Positions 12,497 through 23,952 of a DNA stretch of 64,000 nucleotides are shown here, in pieces (positions within the stretch are counted from its first letter, which is position 1; every line of letters begins with the position of its first letter). Source of the stretch: Macrostomum lignano. Taxonomy: Eukaryota. The translations under genes were made by a program, and so were the position numbers. Location of the stretch: NCBI GenBank assembly GCA_002269645.1, contig NIVC01002897.1:1-64000 (forward strand), read 5' to 3'. A model generated the notes under the pieces. It was not told the origin of the DNA. It saw nothing but the letters and a program-made list of their open reading frames with translations, and made no database searches.

Positions 12497-12799
12497 CTCG
12501 TGCCCTATCCCATACCTCTGTGCCCCTACCCCATACCCCTGTGCCCCTACCCCTTACCCCTGTGCCCCTATCGCATACCCCTGTGCCCCTATCCCATACC
12601 CCTGCGCCCTTATCCCATACCCCTGTGCCCCTATCCCATACCCCTGTGCCCCTATCCCATACCCCTGTGCCCCTATCCCAAACCCCTGTGCCCCTATCCC
12701 ATACCCCTGTGCCCCTATCGCATACCCCTGTGCCCCTATCGCATACCCCTGTGCCCCTATCCCATACCCCTGCACCCCTATCCCATACCCCTGTGCGCC
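12497..12799. repeat. 21-bp minisatellite (GTGCCCCTATCCCATACCCCT)n
   Basis: About 14 units beginning ~90 nt past the BicC stop; G-rich on the BicC sense strand. Confidence 0.95.
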
Positions 12800-12886
12800 T
12801 AAACCATGCGACCATTTACAATCATGAATATGATTCCACGGTACAGGTGTGACTAATCACCGCTAATGCCTATCCAGACTGCATAT

Positions 12887-15800
12887 CTAGATCGCCGCTG
12901 ACCCTACAGACTGAGCGGCCTGAGCCGCCAGCAGGTGAATCAGTTGCTGCACTTTCTGCCTAGTGGCGTAATTGAAGCCTAAACTGCGCAGATCGTCCTC
13001 GGACAGTTTCCTGAAGGCGCACACGTCGATTTCCTGGCTAATCATCGCCTCAGCGCACTCGAGCAGGTTGTGCCGATCAAGCAGGCACAGCAGGGCGTCG
13101 ATTCCGTCTGAGTCATCGGTGTCCCAGGACGACTGGCTGACGGAGCCGGTGGCGCCGGGAGCAGCATTCGCTGGCTGGCGATGACTAGTTGAACAAGCAG
13201 CCGCTTCTCCCAGCTGAGCAAGTGGCTGATAGTAGCAACTCTGAGCGAATGGTGTTGTTGAGTAGGCCGACGATGAACCCTGCTGCTCGGTGGCAGCCGT
13301 AGTCTGTGACTGTGACGACGACGAAGCAGTGGCCTCAGTTCCGCCTGAGGCTGCTGCTGGGTCGGAGCTGGCGAGGCCGATGCCCTGGTTAGCGACTAGG
13401 AGGCTGGCTCCGCAGGACCGGCTGAAGAAGTAGCCAGACCACTGCTTCGTTGGCCGGCGGTCGCCTTCAACAGCCGGCTGAGACATGATGCGCTGAGCTG
13501 CCAACTTTCGACGCGAATATTCCGCACCGGGCGCTCGATTCTCCGGACTCAACGGGGGCGGAGACGCGTTGGTTGAGCTGGTCCGACTCGGCTCAGTCCG
13601 AGACGTCGGTGAGGAAATTGGCGACGTCTTAAACTCGTCGGACTGAGACGAGCTCGGCAGCGGCTTCGGCATCAGCTGTACAAACGGTGGAGAGGCGAGC
13701 ATACTCGGAATTGTCGGCGAATGTTGCGGATACGAGAACGACTGCTGAGCAGTAGATGCACCCGGCGAAGCCAGAAGCGTCTGCTGCACCTCCGGAACTG
13801 GAGTCCCGAAGATCCTGCTCAATAGCCGGTACATCGCGTGGGCGTTGCCCTCGTGAGTTCGAAGAGTCACCGCTCTGGACGAGCCCGTGGCACCTCCGCC
13901 GCCGCCACCGCCGCCGCCACCACCGCCTCGCCGAATGGCGAAGTCAACGACAACGCCTTCAATGTTTCGACCTTTCAGCGATTCGACAAGCGAATCCTCC
14001 GTGGCGAACGCGTTGCAGGGCATGTCGAAGCACAGGAAGGCGGGCAGGCAGGCCAGCAGGAAGGAGCGAAGGCGGAGCAATGACCGACAGCCGCCAGCCT
14101 CCGACATGACGGCGCCAGTGTCAGTCAAATCGAACTGACTCACGCCGAACTGTTTCAGAGTGGATTTCAAAAAGTTCGACTCGCCAGCCGAAGTGGCGAT
14201 GGCGGTTGGCAGCGACAGGAGCTCCAGCTGGAGCCGCTCTCGCACCGCGGCCGCGTGACGCCGCTCGAAGTCCAGCCGACACGTCACCAGAAGCGACTGC
14301 TGGCTGCAGTGCGGCTGCTGTAGCGACCCGGCCGCCAGCCTGAGGAAATTCTCAGCATAGAGCGACAGGCGTTCGACCGCGATCGCCACTCGTTCGGCGT
14401 TCTCGACGAGACCGCGAATCAGCCAGCCACCGCTGCCGCCGAGCTGATGATGACCGCTCGTGTGCTGCCGAGTGACGCACACCTTGCAGAGCTCGCAGAT
14501 CTCCCTGACGAACAGGTGACTGGCGGGGTCCGGCACCGGCGCGGGCAGCAGCAGCAGCAGAGCCAGCGGCTGCTTCGCCCGGATCATCCGTCTGGCCTCC
14601 TCCATCCCGGCCGGCTGCGGACCGTCGAGGCCGTTCAGCGACACCTGGTTGCTCTTGGCCGCGGCGCACTCGGCGGCTGACGCGCCAGAAGCCAGCGCAG
14701 CCGCCGCCGCAGCAGCCGATTGCGCCGACTTGTTGGAGTCCGGGAAGTGAATGTCGGTTCCAGTCCGGGATTTGATCTCCTTCTGTAGAGCGCCGTGCCG
14801 ACCGATCAGCTGGCCGTGCTCGTTGTGAGGCACGTCGATTCGCAAAGTCAGCTTTGAGAACTTCCGGCTGCAATAGCTGAGCACCATCGCCTTGGCCAGC
14901 TGGACCGCTTCTGAACTGCCCATGACTTTCACCTGCGAGTTCGTGTGGGTTTGTGTTCGAATTCGAAGCTACTATAACACGAAGCTTACCACCAAGCGCC
15001 TCTTAGACAATCCCAGCGCCCTAAAACGGTACCTGAGCGGTCCTTTAAACTACCATAGAGTCCCTTAAACTACCATAGACTCACTTAAACTACCATAGAC
15101 TCCTTTAAACTACCATAGAGTCCCTTAAACTACCATAGAGTCCCTTAAACTACCATAGAGTCCTAAACTACCATAGAGTCCCTTAAACTACCATAGACTC
15201 CCTTTAACTACCACGGACTCACTTAAACTACCATAGACTCACTTAAACTACCATAGACTCACTTAAACTACCATAGACTCACTTAAACTACCATAGACTC
15301 ACTTAAACTAGACTCCCTTAAACTACCATAGACTCCCTTAAACTACCATAGAGTCCTAAACTACCATAGAGTCCCTTAAACTACCATAGACTCCCTAAAA
15401 CTACCACGGACTCACTTAAACTACCATAGACTCCCTTAAACTACCACGGACTCACTTAAACTACCATAGAGTTCATTAAACTACCATAGACTCCCTTAAA
15501 CTACCACGGACTCACTTAAACTACCATAGAGTTCATTAAACTACCATGGACCTTCCTTCCGCGTGACTGTCTTTTCAAATTTTAGAAATTTTGCTAAGCT
15601 CTGTACATCTTCCAATAAAAAGAAACCTTATAATTTTCAATGACTAGCCATCAGGCAGTATATGATGCTTATAGTGGCCTAGGAGTCATTAAATTTTCTT
15701 TTTGCAAACAGAATGGTATAATAAAAACATTCATTCAATCCATCAGTATTCCATTTATATTTATGTATCCCCAAACTTCTACGTCCAAAATTTCCTAAAA

Positions 15801-16935
15801 AAGGCAGTTTTTTATTGACCCATTGCCATAAAAATAAGGAAAAATTTACGTGGGAGAAATAGCTGATGGAGAATATAGGGATTGCTCAAAGGCTGACTTT
15901 TAGTCGATATCTATCTGCCTATCTGTGGCCTGAAAGGCTGATTTCCCACAAATTTCCAACAACACCCCCCAAGCATCGCCCACGTAGCAACAACCACCCC
16001 CACTGCTGGACACGACAAATCGGGACAAATACAGACCATGCAGTACACCGCATTTTGTGAACATCAGTAAGCTCTCTCAGGAATATCAGTAAGCTCTCTC
16101 AGGAATATCAGTAAGCTCTCTCAGGAATATCAGTAAGCTCTCTCAGGAATATCAGTAAGCTCTCTCAGGAATATCAGTAAGCTCTCTCAGGAATATCAGT
16201 AAGCTTTCTCAGGAATATCAGTAAGCTCTCTCAGGAATATCAGTAAGCTCTCTCAGGAATATCAGTAAGCTTTCTCAGGAATATCAGTAAGCTCTCTCTC
16301 AACAATATCAGTAAGCTCTCTCAGGAATATCAGTAAGCTCGCTCAGGAATATCAGTAAGCTCTCTCTCAACAATATCAGTAAGCTCGCTCAGGAATATCA
16401 GTAAGCTTTCTCAGGAATATCAGTAAGCTCTCTCAGGAATATCAGTAAGCTCTCTCAGGAATATCAGTAAGCTCTCTTAGGAATATCAGTAAGCTCGCTC
16501 AGGAATATCAGTAAGCTCGCTCAGGAATATCAGTAAGCTCTCTCAGGAATATCAGTAAGCTCTCTCAGGAATATCAGTAAGCTTTCTCAGGAATATCAGT
16601 AAGCTATCAACAGTATCCACTGGACTCACCTGTGGATCCCGTTTCGATTTTGCGCCAACCTTCAATTTCGATGGCCAAGCAATGCGGGCGCCAGTTCGCA
16701 GTTCGATGTCGTTAAAGAACCTCTCCAGAGGACAGACACCAGGCAGTTTCAGAGGCTCCTGCGCACTTGTAGGTCCCGCAGACGTCAACATGAGACTCTC
16801 CAGTTTGCGCCGATCAACTCTGAATCTTTCTTCAACTCGATCTGCTGTAATGATGCAGCCGTGATGACGCCCGGGAAACGAGTCGCTGCTTGAGCCGCCA
16901 GAAGATGACGAAGTGTCATCCGCTGTTGTAGACAT
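12887..16935 (-). CDS. BICC1: Bicaudal-C homolog (KH domains + C-terminal SAM), 2 coding exons, 783 aa
   Basis: Exon 1 16935-16630 (ERFRVDRRKLE..ARIAWPSKLKVGAKSKRDPQ) and exon 2 14932-12887, joined by a phase-0 GT-AG intron. Exon 2 contains TLRIDVPHNEHGQLIGRHG..DIHFPDSNK..KSNQVS (KH2), the BicC-specific RRKLAAQRIM..RPTKQWSGYFFSRS motif and SAM SQEIDVCAFRKLSEDDLRSLG. Confidence 0.93.
15044..15549. repeat. 20-bp minisatellite (CTTAAACTACCATAGACTCC)n in BicC intron
   Basis: About 25 tandem units. Confidence 0.95.
16062..16605. repeat. 22-bp minisatellite (ATCAGTAAGCTCTCTCAGGAAT)n in BicC intron
   Basis: About 25 units, starting ~25 nt from the exon-1 donor. Confidence 0.95.
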
Positions 16936-17480
16936 TTTTTTACAACTGAATAATGAACTTATAATAGAGAGCCCTAACTAAACTAACTATTGTGGATAGT
17001 GTCTATTATAAAGCTTGGTCTACACACTCGACTCAACGATATACAACTCTCTCTCTATATATTCGTGTCCATTGACTGCACTACCTTCTGAGAATTATAT
17101 ACCTCACCTACCTACCTTATATACAATTATGAAATAAGCCCTCAACCCAGAGACGGAATTGGACGAGAGAGCCTGGAGGGGTAGCTCAGGCCCCTGCGGA
17201 CAAATAGATTTTCAGGTGGCTGTAGCTGTTTTAAACACTGAGCCAATGCCTTCTTCTTTCTGTCCTTAACTGTCTGCCCCGTCTGACTGCCTGCTTTTGC
17301 AGAACCCCGAGAAGTGCTTTGTGGCGGCGTAGGGGGGGGGGGTCTTCGTGGTGTTCGCCTGACTCTGACTACATGGAGTTCTATAGAGATTTTGCAGTTC
17401 TGAAGAGGGAATCCTTTGGCAAACAGTTAACGATTATACGATAACTTTGAATATTTTAATATCAGATTTAGCGCCTTGGC

Positions 17481-17481
17481 A

Positions 17482-17520
<39 letters not shown>

Positions 17521-17567
17521 TAGTGTCTGTCTTAGTGTCTGTCTGTCTGTCTGTCTGTCTGTCTTAG

Positions 17568-17600
<33 letters not shown>

Positions 17601-17619
17601 TAGTGTCTGTCTGTCTGTG

Positions 17620-17650
<31 letters not shown>

Positions 17651-17657
17651 TTGTCTC

Positions 17658-17736
<79 letters not shown>

Positions 17737-17783
17737 TAGTGTCTGTCTTAGTGTCTGTCTGTCTGTCTGTCTGTCTGTCTTAG

Positions 17784-17816
<33 letters not shown>

Positions 17817-17835
17817 TAGTGTCTGTCTGTCTGTG

Positions 17836-17866
<31 letters not shown>

Positions 17867-17873
17867 TTGTCTC

Positions 17874-17904
<31 letters not shown>

Positions 17905-17927
17905 GTCTGTCTGTCTGTCTGTCTGTC
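17481..17927. repeat. (TGTC)n microsatellite, interrupted
   Basis: Long TGTC run with TTAG interruptions and an internal ~220-bp duplication. Confidence 0.95.
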
Positions 17928-18309
17928 TTAATTAACAGAACTGAATGACATCCAGTTACTAATCTAGACAAATATTCACAATTTTTCAGAAGTCCTCGGC
18001 CATAAAGACTGAAGGAAGGAAAAGATAACAGCACTGTAACTTTGGTGGCGAAGTGTGTTGAACAGATAAATATAGAGGCATCAGTATAGTAATAGATACA
18101 ATAATTTAGTTAAGAACAAGAGCACTTGTCCCCTTAAACCCTGACGAAATTGCTATTCGCTTTGGGGAGGGGGGGAGGGGGCCGAGGGAAGCTGCGTGCC
18201 CAGACAGACGGAGCAGTCCACTATGCAGGGCCATACGGCAAAGCACAGGGGGCGCACATAACAAAAAATAATAATTATACTGCTTAGCCAAGGAGACTTG
18301 GAGCTAGAC

Positions 18310-18631
18310 CAGGGGTTGGCAATTTTTTTACCAGATACTCAGATAGAGAATCTACCGCATGACTGCGGGCCAGATGAGAGGAGAGAGGAGAGGAAATGGA
18401 GCAGAAAGAAGGAAGATAGGAGAAAGGGGAGACAAGAAAATAAAGACGGAGGAGACGAGAGCAAACGTGTGATAAGTAGGAGAGGAGAGGAGAAAGGAGA
18501 GAAAAGAGCAGAGGAGAGAGGAGAGGAGAAAGGAGAGGAGAGAGGAGAGGAGAGAGAAGAGAGGAGAGGAGAGAGGAGAGAGAAGAGAGGAGAGGAGAGA
18601 GAGAGGAGAGAGGAGAGGAGAGAGAAGAGAG

Positions 18632-18663
<32 letters not shown>

Positions 18664-18735
18664 GAGAGAGAAGAGAGGAGAGAGAGAGGAGAGAGAAGAG
18701 AGGAGAGGAGAGAGGAGAGAGAGAGGAGAGGAGAG

Positions 18736-18768
<33 letters not shown>

Positions 18769-19615
18769 AGAGAGGAGAGAGAAGAGAGGAGAGAGAAGAG
18801 AGGAGAGAGAAGAGAGGAGAGAGAAGAGAGGAGAGAGGAGAGGAGAGAGAAGAGAGGAGAGGAGAGAGGAGAGGAGAGAGGAGAGGAGAGAGAAGAGAGG
18901 AGAGAGAAGAGAGGAGAGAGAAGAGAGGAGAGAGAAGAGAGGAGAGAGGAGAGGAGAGAGAAGAGAGGAGAGGAGAGAGGAGAGGAGAGAGGAGAGGAGA
19001 GAGGAGAGGAGAGAGAAGAGAGGAGAAAGAAGAGAGGAGAGAGAAGAGAGGAGAGAGAAGAGAGGAGAGAGGAGAGGAGAGAGGAGAGGAGAGAGGAGAG
19101 GAGAGGAGAGGAGAGGAGAGGAGAGGAGAGGAGAAAGGAGAGGAGAGAGGAGAGGAGAGGAGAGGAGAGGAGAGAGGAGAGGAGAGAGGAGAGAGAAGAG
19201 AGGAGAGAGAAGAGAGGAAAGATGAGAGGAGAGAGGAGAGGAGAGAGGAGAGGAGAGGAGAGGAGAGGAGAGGAGAGGAGAGAGGGGAGAGGAGAGGAGA
19301 GGAGAGAGGAGAGGAGAGAGGAGAGGAGAGGAGAGGAGAGAGGGGAGAGGAGAGGAGAGGAGAGAGGAGAGGAGAGAGGAGAGGAGAGGAGAGGAGAGAG
19401 GGGAGAGGAGAGAGGGGAGAGAGGGGAGAGGAAAGAGGGGAGAGAGGAGAGGAGAGAGGAGAGGAGAGAGGAGAGGAGAGGAGAGGAGAGGAGAGAGGAG
19501 AGGAGAGAGGAAGAGAAGGGATTAGAGAGAAGAGCGCTGAGAAGAGATATACACATTGAGCATGCCGGATAGGGAGGCCACATGTGGCCCGCAGGCCGGA
19601 GTTTGCCGACCCCTG
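18310..19615. mobile_element. hAT (Charlie-like) non-autonomous DNA transposon filled with GA-rich low-complexity repeat
   Basis: TIRs CAGGGGTTGGCAA (18310) and TTTGCCGACCCCTG (ends 19615); 8-bp flanks AGCTAGAC / CGCTAGAC (7/8 match, CTAG-centred). The interior 18480-19515 is (GAGAG/AGAGG)n. A related relic lies inverted at ~46400-46540. Confidence 0.8.
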
Positions 19616-19618
19616 CGC

Positions 19619-19732
<114 letters not shown>

Positions 19733-19951
19733 CTGCGTCCTACGCTCGTACATGTAGTTTCGGGGTGAAACTTTCAGCTTAAAAAATAAGACAGCTCGTT
19801 TCAGCTCAAAAGTAATGCGCTAAGCTGCAGTAGAGAAAGTTCTAAATCATTTAACCATCCCAAAAAACTGGCTTGTAAAATATTCTGTTTAATCCTCTGT
19901 GACCGATTTTTATTTAAGGCCGATCTTACAGGTTTTAATTCAGCGCCGTAT

Positions 19952-20418
19952 ATTTTAGCGCCAATTCAGCTCTACAGACTAGATTTGAGCGCCAATTCAG
20001 CTCTACAGACTAGATTTTAGCGCCAATTCAGCTCTACAGACTAGATTTTAGCGCCAATTCAGCTCCACAGACTAGATTTTAGCGCCAATTCAGCTCTACA
20101 GACTAGATTTTAGCGCCAATTCAGCTCTACAGACTAGATTTTAGCGCCAATTCAGCTCTACAGACTAGATTTTAGCGCCAATTCAGCTCCACAGACTAGA
20201 TTTGAGCGCCAATTCAGCTCCACAGACTAGATTTGAGCGCCAATTCAGTTCTACAGACTAGATTTGAGCGCCAATTCAGCTCTACAGACTAGATTTTAGC
20301 GCCAATTCAGCAACACAGGCTAGATTTTAGCGCCAACTCAGCAACACAGACTAGATTTTAGCGCCAATTCAGCAACACAGGCTATATTTTAGCGCCAACT
20401 CCGCTCCGAGTTGGCGCT
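19952..20418. repeat. 31-bp minisatellite (TTTTAGCGCCAATTCAGCTCTACAGACTAGA)n ending in an 11-bp hairpin
   Basis: About 14 units; terminal stem AGCGCCAACTC / GAGTTGGCGCT at 20391-20418. Confidence 0.92.
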
Positions 20419-20689
20419 GAGTTAAAAACTAGATTTAAACGCAATTTTTTTAGCGCCAGTATACTTTTGAGCCATTTTGTGGGCTGGAAATTCCTTCAAT
20501 TATTTACAAGAAGATTTGATGATTTTAGTAAAACTTGATTGGTTCAGATTGCAACGGCCTCTCTTACTAAGCTCGTAGTCATAGCGTCTAAAAATGAGGG
20601 TGTTTCAACAATAACCTGGACTGCTAAAACTTCTATAAAGGTTCTCCTTGACTTCTTTAAACGAGGCCCAGAATGCAGACACGAGATTT

Positions 20690-20860
20690 AGAAGGAGGAG
20701 GGTGGGGGCAATGAGAGGCGGAAAACCGGGAGTGTCACAGAAACCGACCGAGAGACGCAAGTAGGAAGGGAGAGGAGGGGATTGACGAGCGGGGGGGGCG
20801 GCGGCGGGTCCGGAAAAAGCGCGCGAGCAAGCGCGTGTGTAGCGCGCAAAAGTATCCATG
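20690..20860. promoter_or_regulatory. CpG/GC-rich patch, possible BicC promoter
   Basis: Unique GC-rich segment with GGGCGG-like and GCGCGC motifs ~3.8 kb upstream of the BicC ATG. Function is inferred only. Confidence 0.25.
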
Positions 20861-21050
20861 TTATATTATTATTGCCATCACTCGTAGAATTTTCAGGCCC
20901 AAATCCAGACCCTCGGCAGACATCGAGGGCTGAGAAAAGTCGGAGGTTAAAAGGGAGGCTTTCCCTACTTTTTCGTCTTTGAAAATGTGCGCACGATTTG
21001 GTACTGACTCATACTTGCGAAATACTGACTCATGCGAAACTTGCACTTTT

Positions 21051-21472
21051 TAGTGTGTTTTGGCGCTCTGAGGTGCGTTTTGGCGCTCTGAGGTGTGTTT
21101 TGGCGCTCTGAGGTGTGTTTTGGCGCTCTGAGGTGCGGATTGGCGCTCTAATGTGAGTTTTGGCGCTCTGAAGGTGTGTTTTGGCGCTCTGAGGTGTGTT
21201 TTGGTGCTCTGAGGTGTGTTTTGGCGCTCAGAGGTGTGTTTTGGCACTCTGAGGTGTGTTTTGGCGCTCTGAGATGTGTTTTGGCGCTCTGAGGTGTGTT
21301 TTGGCGCTCTGAGGTGCGGATTGGCGCTCTAATGTGAGTTTTGGCGCTCTGAAGGTGTGTTTTGGCGCTCTGAGGTGTGTTTTGGCGCTCAGAGGTGTGT
21401 TTTGGCACTCTGAGGTGTGTTTTGGCGCTCTGAGATGTGTTTTGGCGCTCTGAGGTGCGGATTGGCGCTCTG
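21051..21472. repeat. 20-bp minisatellite (GTGTGTTTTGGCGCTCTGAG)n
   Basis: About 21 units. Confidence 0.95.
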
Positions 21473-22180
21473 GGGTTGCGTATTAAACGCACGAAAAGAC
21501 CATAAATTTAATTCAGCTATAACTAATGATCTTTGAATACCGCTCGAATTACGAACTGTACATGTAGATGTAAATCTGTTCAACATGTAGAACAGTAAGT
21601 GACTCAGTACTTAATATGGTTTCAGGCTGCCAGGGCTAGACTGTAATCGATGCTTTCGAAAATCGCAATTAATGCTTTAATTGTACGAGAGTTCTTGAGA
21701 AAACTTATTAACAGTATATTATAAGCCATCTGAATTTGCTACATATTGTGCAAATTCTGACAAAGTAACCCTCGAATCCTGTAGTTCGATACCAATAAAG
21801 TGCGGTGCTGCGAAACCCCCGTTTCTATGCTATGCAACTCGTTGACGATTTTGGCGCGAATATACTCAAATTCTAACTACTATACTTAACAATTTTGGCG
21901 CCAATAAACAGAAGTCTTGGCGCCATTAAACTTAACAATCTTGGCGCCACTAAATTTTGACGAAGAAAGAACTTAAAACAGTACACAATTTTTATTAAAT
22001 TTAGGAAGCACCCTTCATTATTTATTTAAGAATTTCTGCGGCTTCTGTTAGACAATACGGCTTAAGTTTGTGCTCGAATACAACTACTGATAAGTAGTAA
22101 TGCAAGGGTTTTGCCTTTGACGAGTTTAATGACTGATATCTTTATTTACTTAATCGGCATCTATTATATTTAATATCCTA

Positions 22181-22970
22181 TCTAGCACCCCTAATACCCC
22201 ATCTAGCACCCCTAATACCCTATCTAGCACCCCTAATACCCATCTAGCACCCCTAATACCCCATCTAGCACCCTTAAAATTCCATCTAGCACTCCTAATA
22301 CCCCATCTAGCACCCCTAATACCCCATCTAGCACCCTTAAAATTCCATCTAGCACTCCTAATACCCCATCTAGCACTCCTAATACCCCATCTAGCACCCT
22401 TGATACCCTATCTAGCACCCTTAATACCCCATCTAGCACCCTTGATACCCCATCTAGCACCCCTAATACCCCATCTAGCACCCTAATACCCCATTTAGCA
22501 CTCCTAATACCCCATCTAGCACCCTTGATACCCCATCTAGCACTCCTAATACCCCATCTAGCACTCCTAATACCCCATCTAGCACTCCTAATACCCCATC
22601 TAGCACTCCTAATACCCCATCTAGCACCCCTAATACCCCATCTAGCACCCCTAATACCCCATTTAGCACTCCTAATACCCCATCTAGCACCCTTGATACC
22701 CCATCTAGCACTCCTAATACCCCATCTAGCACTCCTAATACCCCATCTAGCACCCCTAATACCCCATCTAGCACCCCTAATACCCCATTTAGCACTCCTA
22801 ATACCCCATCTAGCACCCTTGATACCCCATCTAGCACTCCTAATACCCCATCTAGCACCCTTGATACCCCATCTAGCACCTCTAATACCCCATCTAGCAC
22901 CCTTGATACCCCATCTAGTACCTCTAATACCCCATCTAGCACCCTTAATACCCCATTTAGCGTCCCTAAT
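22181..22970. repeat. 21-bp minisatellite (CCCCATCTAGCACCCCTAATA)n
   Basis: About 37 units. Confidence 0.95.
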
Positions 22971-23451
22971 ATCCCAGCATATAAAGAATTGATGTTTTAG
23001 CAAGCCATAACAATAATTTAAACCAGATACTGTAATGAAAAGACAATGATGTGGTCTACGATGATGATCAATACCAATATATTGGACAATACTCTACAAA
23101 AAACCAGAGCACAAACACACAGGATACAAGACCGCAGGGGCATTTTGAAGGCAACAATAATTATAAATTATGATAATACAAGAAAATACATTTTTTTAAA
23201 AATATACGCTTGATAAACAAAAAGCTACTTGATTAAATTTTTCGATAATAAAATTTTTCGATATTTTATTACACTTTATTTGACCTTGATATACTCGTAG
23301 CAAAGTGAAACGGCATTTGCATGTAAAGGCTGGATTTTTCCATTATCAACAGCGACAAAACTTATAATAGATGGTTCAAAACTGAAGCGACAAAAAAATA
23401 GGGATTCAGAGCGCAACAATAAAGCTGTAGCAGTGTGTGTTAAACTGGCAT

Positions 23452-23862
23452 TGGGGCGCCGAAATTGGGAATCGGCGCCAACATTAGGTTTTTGGCGCCG
23501 AAATTAGGATAAGGGTGCCAATATTGGGATTGGGGTGCAAATATTGGGATTGAGGCGCCAAAATTGGGATTGGGGTGCAAATATTGGGATTGAGGCGCCA
23601 AAATTGGGATTAGGGCGCCAAAATTAGGATTGGGGCGCCAAAATTGGGATTGGGGCGACAAAATTGGGATTAGGGCGCCAAAATTAGGATTGGGGCGCCA
23701 AAATTGGGATTGGGGCGACAAAATTGGGATTAGGGCGCCAAAATTAGGATTGGGGCGCCAAAATTGGGATTGGGGCGACAAAATTGGGATTAGGGCGCCA
23801 AAATTAGGATTGGGGCGCCAAAATTGGGATTGGTGCGACAAAATTAGGATTGGGGCGCCGAA
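23452..23862. repeat. 20-bp minisatellite (GGGGCGCCAAAATTGGGATT)n with 60-bp higher-order repeat
   Basis: About 20 units, starting ~90 nt past the Ago stop codon. Confidence 0.93.
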
Positions 23863-23952
23863 ATTTGTGATTTGTTTGGCGCGCACAGAAAGTGGGATGA
23901 ATTAAGGCGCTAAGCTAGAGATTTTAGGACTTGAAGTCGGTTCGAGAAGTTC

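Noticed and set aside
23452-23862. Telomere-like ATTAGGG / ATTGGG words in the array
   Set aside because: Part of a 20-bp unit, not tandem TTAGGG.
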